Assembly: GCA_963668585.1 (NCBI GenBank) | Contig: OY764869.1 | Span: 1,099,106-1,163,105 of the forward strand | Reading direction: 5' to 3' | DNA: 64,000 nt | Source of the DNA: Dehalococcoidia bacterium | Lineage (GTDB): Bacteria; Chloroflexota; Dehalococcoidia; Lucifugimonadales; UBA3495 | Shown here: positions 61,028 through 64,000 of the stretch, piece by piece | Position numbering within the stretch: position 1 is the first letter of the stretch | Layout: each line of letters starts with the position of its first letter | Position numbers and translations under genes: made by a program | The notes under the pieces: generated by a model | What the model was told of the DNA's origin: nothing | The model's input: only the letters and a program-made list of their open reading frames with translations | The model's database searches: none

Positions 61028-64000
61028 ATGAAGATCGTCAGGCCAGTCTCGGCAGCATTGTTGGCTGCCGTCCTTTTGTTGGCTGCGTCCGGTTTCAGCG
61101 GGTCCGGTCAAACGCCGTTGCCGTCGGCGGAACCGACTTTCGTCGGCCCCGTCAATGGCGTGGAGGCCGATTCGGCCAGTCAGGAACCTGGGGCGGTGCG
61201 CGTGTCATGGACGCCCGCCGAAAACGCCCAGGTTCATTTCGTGGTGTACGTCGAGTCCGAAGACGTGGCCGCAGGCAATTACAGCAGAGCGCAGATGGTG
61301 CCTTTCACCGGGTCTGAGGGAGTGGTCACCGGCCTGGACGGCGGTACGCCCTACAATTTTATAGTCATCGGGATGCGCTGGAACTTCGTCCAGTTCGGCA
61401 CAGTTTGGGGCGGTTGGTCCGATTGGGCGTCGGCCACGCCGGCAGGAGATCCACAATCCCAGCCTGACGTCCCGTCGTCGTCGGTTGAACCTGCTTCCGT
61501 CGGGAGTGTCACAAACCTGGCCGTCAGGCCCGATGACCATGAACCTGGCTCCGTCCGGGTCACCTGGACCGAAGCCAGCAACGCCCAGGTTCACTTTGTG
61601 GTTTACGTTGAATCGGAGGATTACCGGGCAGGCGATTTCAGCGGGATCAGGATGGCGCCGTTTCGGGGCGCTGAAGGTTTGGTCAGCGGTTTGGAGGCTG
61701 GCAAGTCATACGACTTCATAGCCATCGGGATGCGGTGGAATTTTGTTGACTTTGAGACTGTCTGGGGCGGTTGGTCTCAATGGGTATCCGGTATTCCGAG
61801 CGAGGGCACGACCATTCCGGTCACCCCAACCAATCAGCGTTATCAATGGAGTGGGTCCGTCATCAATTTGAGCTGGGATGGTGTTGCGGGAGCGGTTGAC
61901 TATGAGATTTTCCACTCCAATTCCTTCAGTTCCGGCTGCCGAATTGCCGGCAACGGCGAGTTATTGTCCTGCGAACTCCTGGCCCGCGGTGTCTCCGCAA
62001 CCAGCTATACTCACACCAATCCCGATCCAGATCGCAACTACTACTGGGTGGCTGCCTGCAACAGCGTCGGATGCTCCGAAATAGACAGCGCGAATCCAGC
62101 GCAACAAATTGACGCCACCCCAGAACCCGGTCCCGAAACCCTCGCACCCACTGACGAACCAGCGTTTCATCGCGTCGTGGTCGGCAACCGGTTGAATGCG
62201 GGAACGTATTACCTGGATTTCCGTTCCGCTGGGCGATTTGTCGAATCGGGGAGATATCCGGGCGGATACAGTTATTCCAACACCGGTCAGAACACGGGCA
62301 CCCTGACGCTGGACTATGACAGCGATGTGTACGGCGGCAGTTGCACGGTGCTGCTTACCTTCGATTCGGTATCCAACGGAACGTGGAGTTACACCTGCGC
62401 GTCAGGGATACGGGATCAGGGAACCTGGACCATTCTGCTGATCGGTCTCGCGTTCGTTGAAGGCGAGAACACGTCGCGGCTGATCCCCGAAAATACCGCC
62501 GGCGGGATCAACGTGGGTCGCCCAGTCACCGCCACCGGCGGCAAGGATGCGTTGACCTATTCCATGGATGGACCTGACGCCGACAGTTTCGTGATCCTCC
62601 CAGACACCGGACAGATTCGCACCAGGTCTGGAGTCAACTACGATTACGAAACCAGGAATAGATACCAGGTCACGGTCATGGTATCCGACGGGACGGGACG
62701 TACCGACAGCATCGACGTCACGATCGAGATCGGAAACTTGAGCCCTGGGTGCGAACGCCTGGAGAATCTCCGTGCCAACCGCGGCGACGGCCGCCTGACG
62801 GTCAGATGGAACATCGCCGGCGAAACTCCGCGAATGGCCGGAGTTTTGGGTTACCAGGCGGAAATACGGCGCGGCAGCGGGACCTGGACCGACCGCAGGA
62901 CTCTATTGGGCCGAAGCGTCGGCACGACGGTGTTCGAAGACCTGGACAATGGGATCGAGTATCAGGTCCGTGTGAGCGCCATAACCACGGAAGGAGACTG
63001 CGCATGGTCGGAGACCGTCTCCGGGACCCCCAACTCTGACATCGCGCCCGACGACTCACAAGAAATGATCGACCGCTTCGGACGACAACCGGTGGGCGCG
63101 CCGGACCACAATTTCCGCCTGCTCACCCCCGAGCGATGCCGGCACACTGTTGGCGGCGCCACCAGGGATGCCACCTGCCGCTATGAAAACACCGGACCCG
63201 ACACCGGCCGCATCTTCCTGGAATTCGACGACCCCGCCCTGGCGTCTTGTGAGGTGACTCTGGCTTATTCGTCGTTGACCGCTGGCTCTTTCGTCGACGA
63301 GTGCTTCGATGCCGGCGTCAACACCGGAGTTCCCTTCGACCGCAGTTTCATGATGCCTGCCACCATGGGGCCCGCGGGCGGTGGTTCCGATTCCCAGCAG
63401 ACGACAACTGACCCCCAACGTGCGCCGCGAAACCAGGATGAGTTTGTGTCCCTGGTACACGGCAGGGACGATTTCATTCCCGGGTTGTCGTTCGGGATTG
63501 TCTGCCGCTACTGTGCATCCGGAAACGTGGATTTCGGACCCGGCTGGGCATCTCGAACAGAGTATGACACCGAACGACGGGCCATACGCGAATTCCCAGG
63601 CACCTACTCCTATCAAAGCGCCGGGCCCTCCAAAAACGGCGGCGCCATTCACGTATTCGATCTCGAATTCGAGGCCTCGGGCAACGTCAGGGCAACCATC
63701 ACCGACCCCGACGGCAATGTCGTCAATTGGCCGGGAATGCTTCATGCTACCCTGGAACTCGGAGCGCAACCGATACTGCTCCCGGTCCCGCCCTCGTGGT
63801 CAGCCGCGATTGCCATCGAAACCGACTTCGCGCCGGCGGATTATCTAGGATTCCGTCGTCAACTCCGGTCGCTGAACCCCGACAACGATTCCGACATCGT
63901 TTGGCAGACCCTCTTCGGCGAACAACTGATGGCCGCGGTGGATGAGGTTGCCCGCTATGGGAACTCCTCGCGGTACGAGAAGATCGGGCATAATCGCGCT
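61028..64000 (+). CDS. large secreted protein with duplicated FN3-like domains, a cadherin repeat and further FN3; 3' end beyond the window
   Basis: The frame is open from the ATG at 61028 to the window end, 991 codons, so it is absent from the ORF track. The signal peptide is MKIVRPVSAALLAAVLLLAAS. Two copies of ...VHFVVYVESED...IGMRWNF.F.TVWGGWS.W... are present. The cadherin-like block is ENTAGGINVGRPVTATGGKDALTYSMDGPDADSFVILPDTGQIRTRSGVNYDYETRNRYQVTVMVSDG. Confidence 0.8.
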   Translation, partial: MKIVRPVSAALLAAVLLLAASGFSGSGQTPLPSAEPTFVGPVNGVEADSASQEPGAVRVSWTPAENAQVHFVVYVESEDVAAGNYSRAQMVPFTGSEGVVTGLDGGTPYNFIVIGMRWNFVQFGTVWGGWSDWASATPAGDPQSQPDVPSSSVEPASVGSVTNLAVRPDDHEPGSVRVTWTEASNAQVHFVVYVESEDYRAGDFSGIRMAPFRGAEGLVSGLEAGKSYDFIAIGMRWNFVDFETVWGGWSQWVSGIPSEGTTIPVTPTNQRYQWSGSVINLSWDGVAGAVDYEIFHSNSFSSGCRIAGNGELLSCELLARGVSATSYTHTNPDPDRNYYWVAACNSVGCSEIDSANPAQQIDATPEPGPETLAPTDEPAFHRVVVGNRLNAGTYYLDFRSAGRFVESGRYPGGYSYSNTGQNTGTLTLDYDSDVYGGSCTVLLTFDSVSNGTWSYTCASGIRDQGTWTILLIGLAFVEGENTSRLIPENTAGGINVGRPVTATGGKDALTYSMDGPDADSFVILPDTGQIRTRSGVNYDYETRNRYQVTVMVSDGTGRTDSIDVTIEIGNLSPGCERLENLRANRGDGRLTVRWNIAGETPRMAGVLGYQAEIRRGSGTWTDRRTLLGRSVGTTVFEDLDNGIEYQVRVSAITTEGDCAWSETVSGTPNSDIAPDDSQEMIDRFGRQPVGAPDHNFRLLTPERCRHTVGGATRDATCRYENTGPDTGRIFLEFDDPALASCEVTLAYSSLTAGSFVDECFDAGVNTGVPFDRSFMMPATMGPAGGGSDSQQTTTDPQRAPRNQDEFVSLVHGRDDFIPGLSFGIVCRYCASGNVDFGPGWASRTEYDTERRAIREFPGTYSYQSAGPSKNGGAIHVFDLEFEASGNVRATITDPDGNVVNWPGMLHATLELGAQPILLPVPPSWSAAIAIETDFAPADYLGFRRQLRSLNPDNDSDIVWQTLFGEQLMAAVDEVARYGNSSRYEKIGHNRA

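Noticed and set aside
1-64000. An alternative genetic code with TGA as a sense codon (code 4 or 25), as an explanation for the three in-frame TGAs.
   Set aside because: TGA terminates several well-defined genes here (OsmC with an ATGA overlap, ATP-grasp, crotonase, IS630 orfA, IS5 orfA). The genome is also high-GC. Local recoding or mutation fits better.

Overview
This is a high-GC bacterial chromosome fragment in which ordinary metabolic and transport genes alternate with decayed accessory DNA. I see no rRNA and no CRISPR array. There is one tRNA, tRNA-Gly(CCC).

Housekeeping-type genes:
- Sulfur and redox: a rhodanese sulfurtransferase, an OsmC protein, a MetE-like methyltransferase and the APS kinase CysC.
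- Central metabolism: a type II glutamine synthetase, a crotonase, an MBL-fold hydrolase and a serine hydrolase.
- Transport: two MFS transporters, a Na/Pi cotransporter and an AI-2E transporter.
- Others: a permuted ATP-grasp / alpha-E pair, ribosomal protein L25 and three tandem cupins.

Accessory content:
- A Type ISP (LlaGI-like) restriction-modification gene is split by an IS630-family insertion with a TA duplication, and is also broken by a frameshift in an A6 run.
- An IS4/IS5-superfamily transposase, a complete 844-bp IS5/IS427-like element and an IS30 transposase fragment are present.
- A prophage remnant keeps only a zinc-ribbon ORF, the large terminase and the portal.
- Defence or toxin-antitoxin-like small modules include PaREP1/HEPN proteins, two retropepsin pairs, DUF3800 and an orphan AAA ATPase.
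- Very large secreted repeat proteins carry FN3, cadherin-like, LRR and NHL domains. One is a 2595-aa ORF built from tandem units of about 1.07 kb.

Most notable observations:
1. Two in-frame TGA codons sit exactly at conserved redox cysteines. One turns CHC into CH-TGA in a ferredoxin:thioredoxin reductase catalytic subunit, and one turns CPLC into TGA-TLC in a DUF3179 lipoprotein. Each is followed closely by a hairpin, so both are candidate selenoproteins.
2. A third in-frame TGA separates a good signal peptide from the giant adhesin-like ORF.
3. A dispersed intergenic palindromic MITE/REP-like element has 12 cores plus one arm-only copy. Its central hairpin occurs in both orientations relative to asymmetric arms and shows a compensatory stem change.

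All product calls come from my reading of the translations and remembered family signatures. No database search was run.
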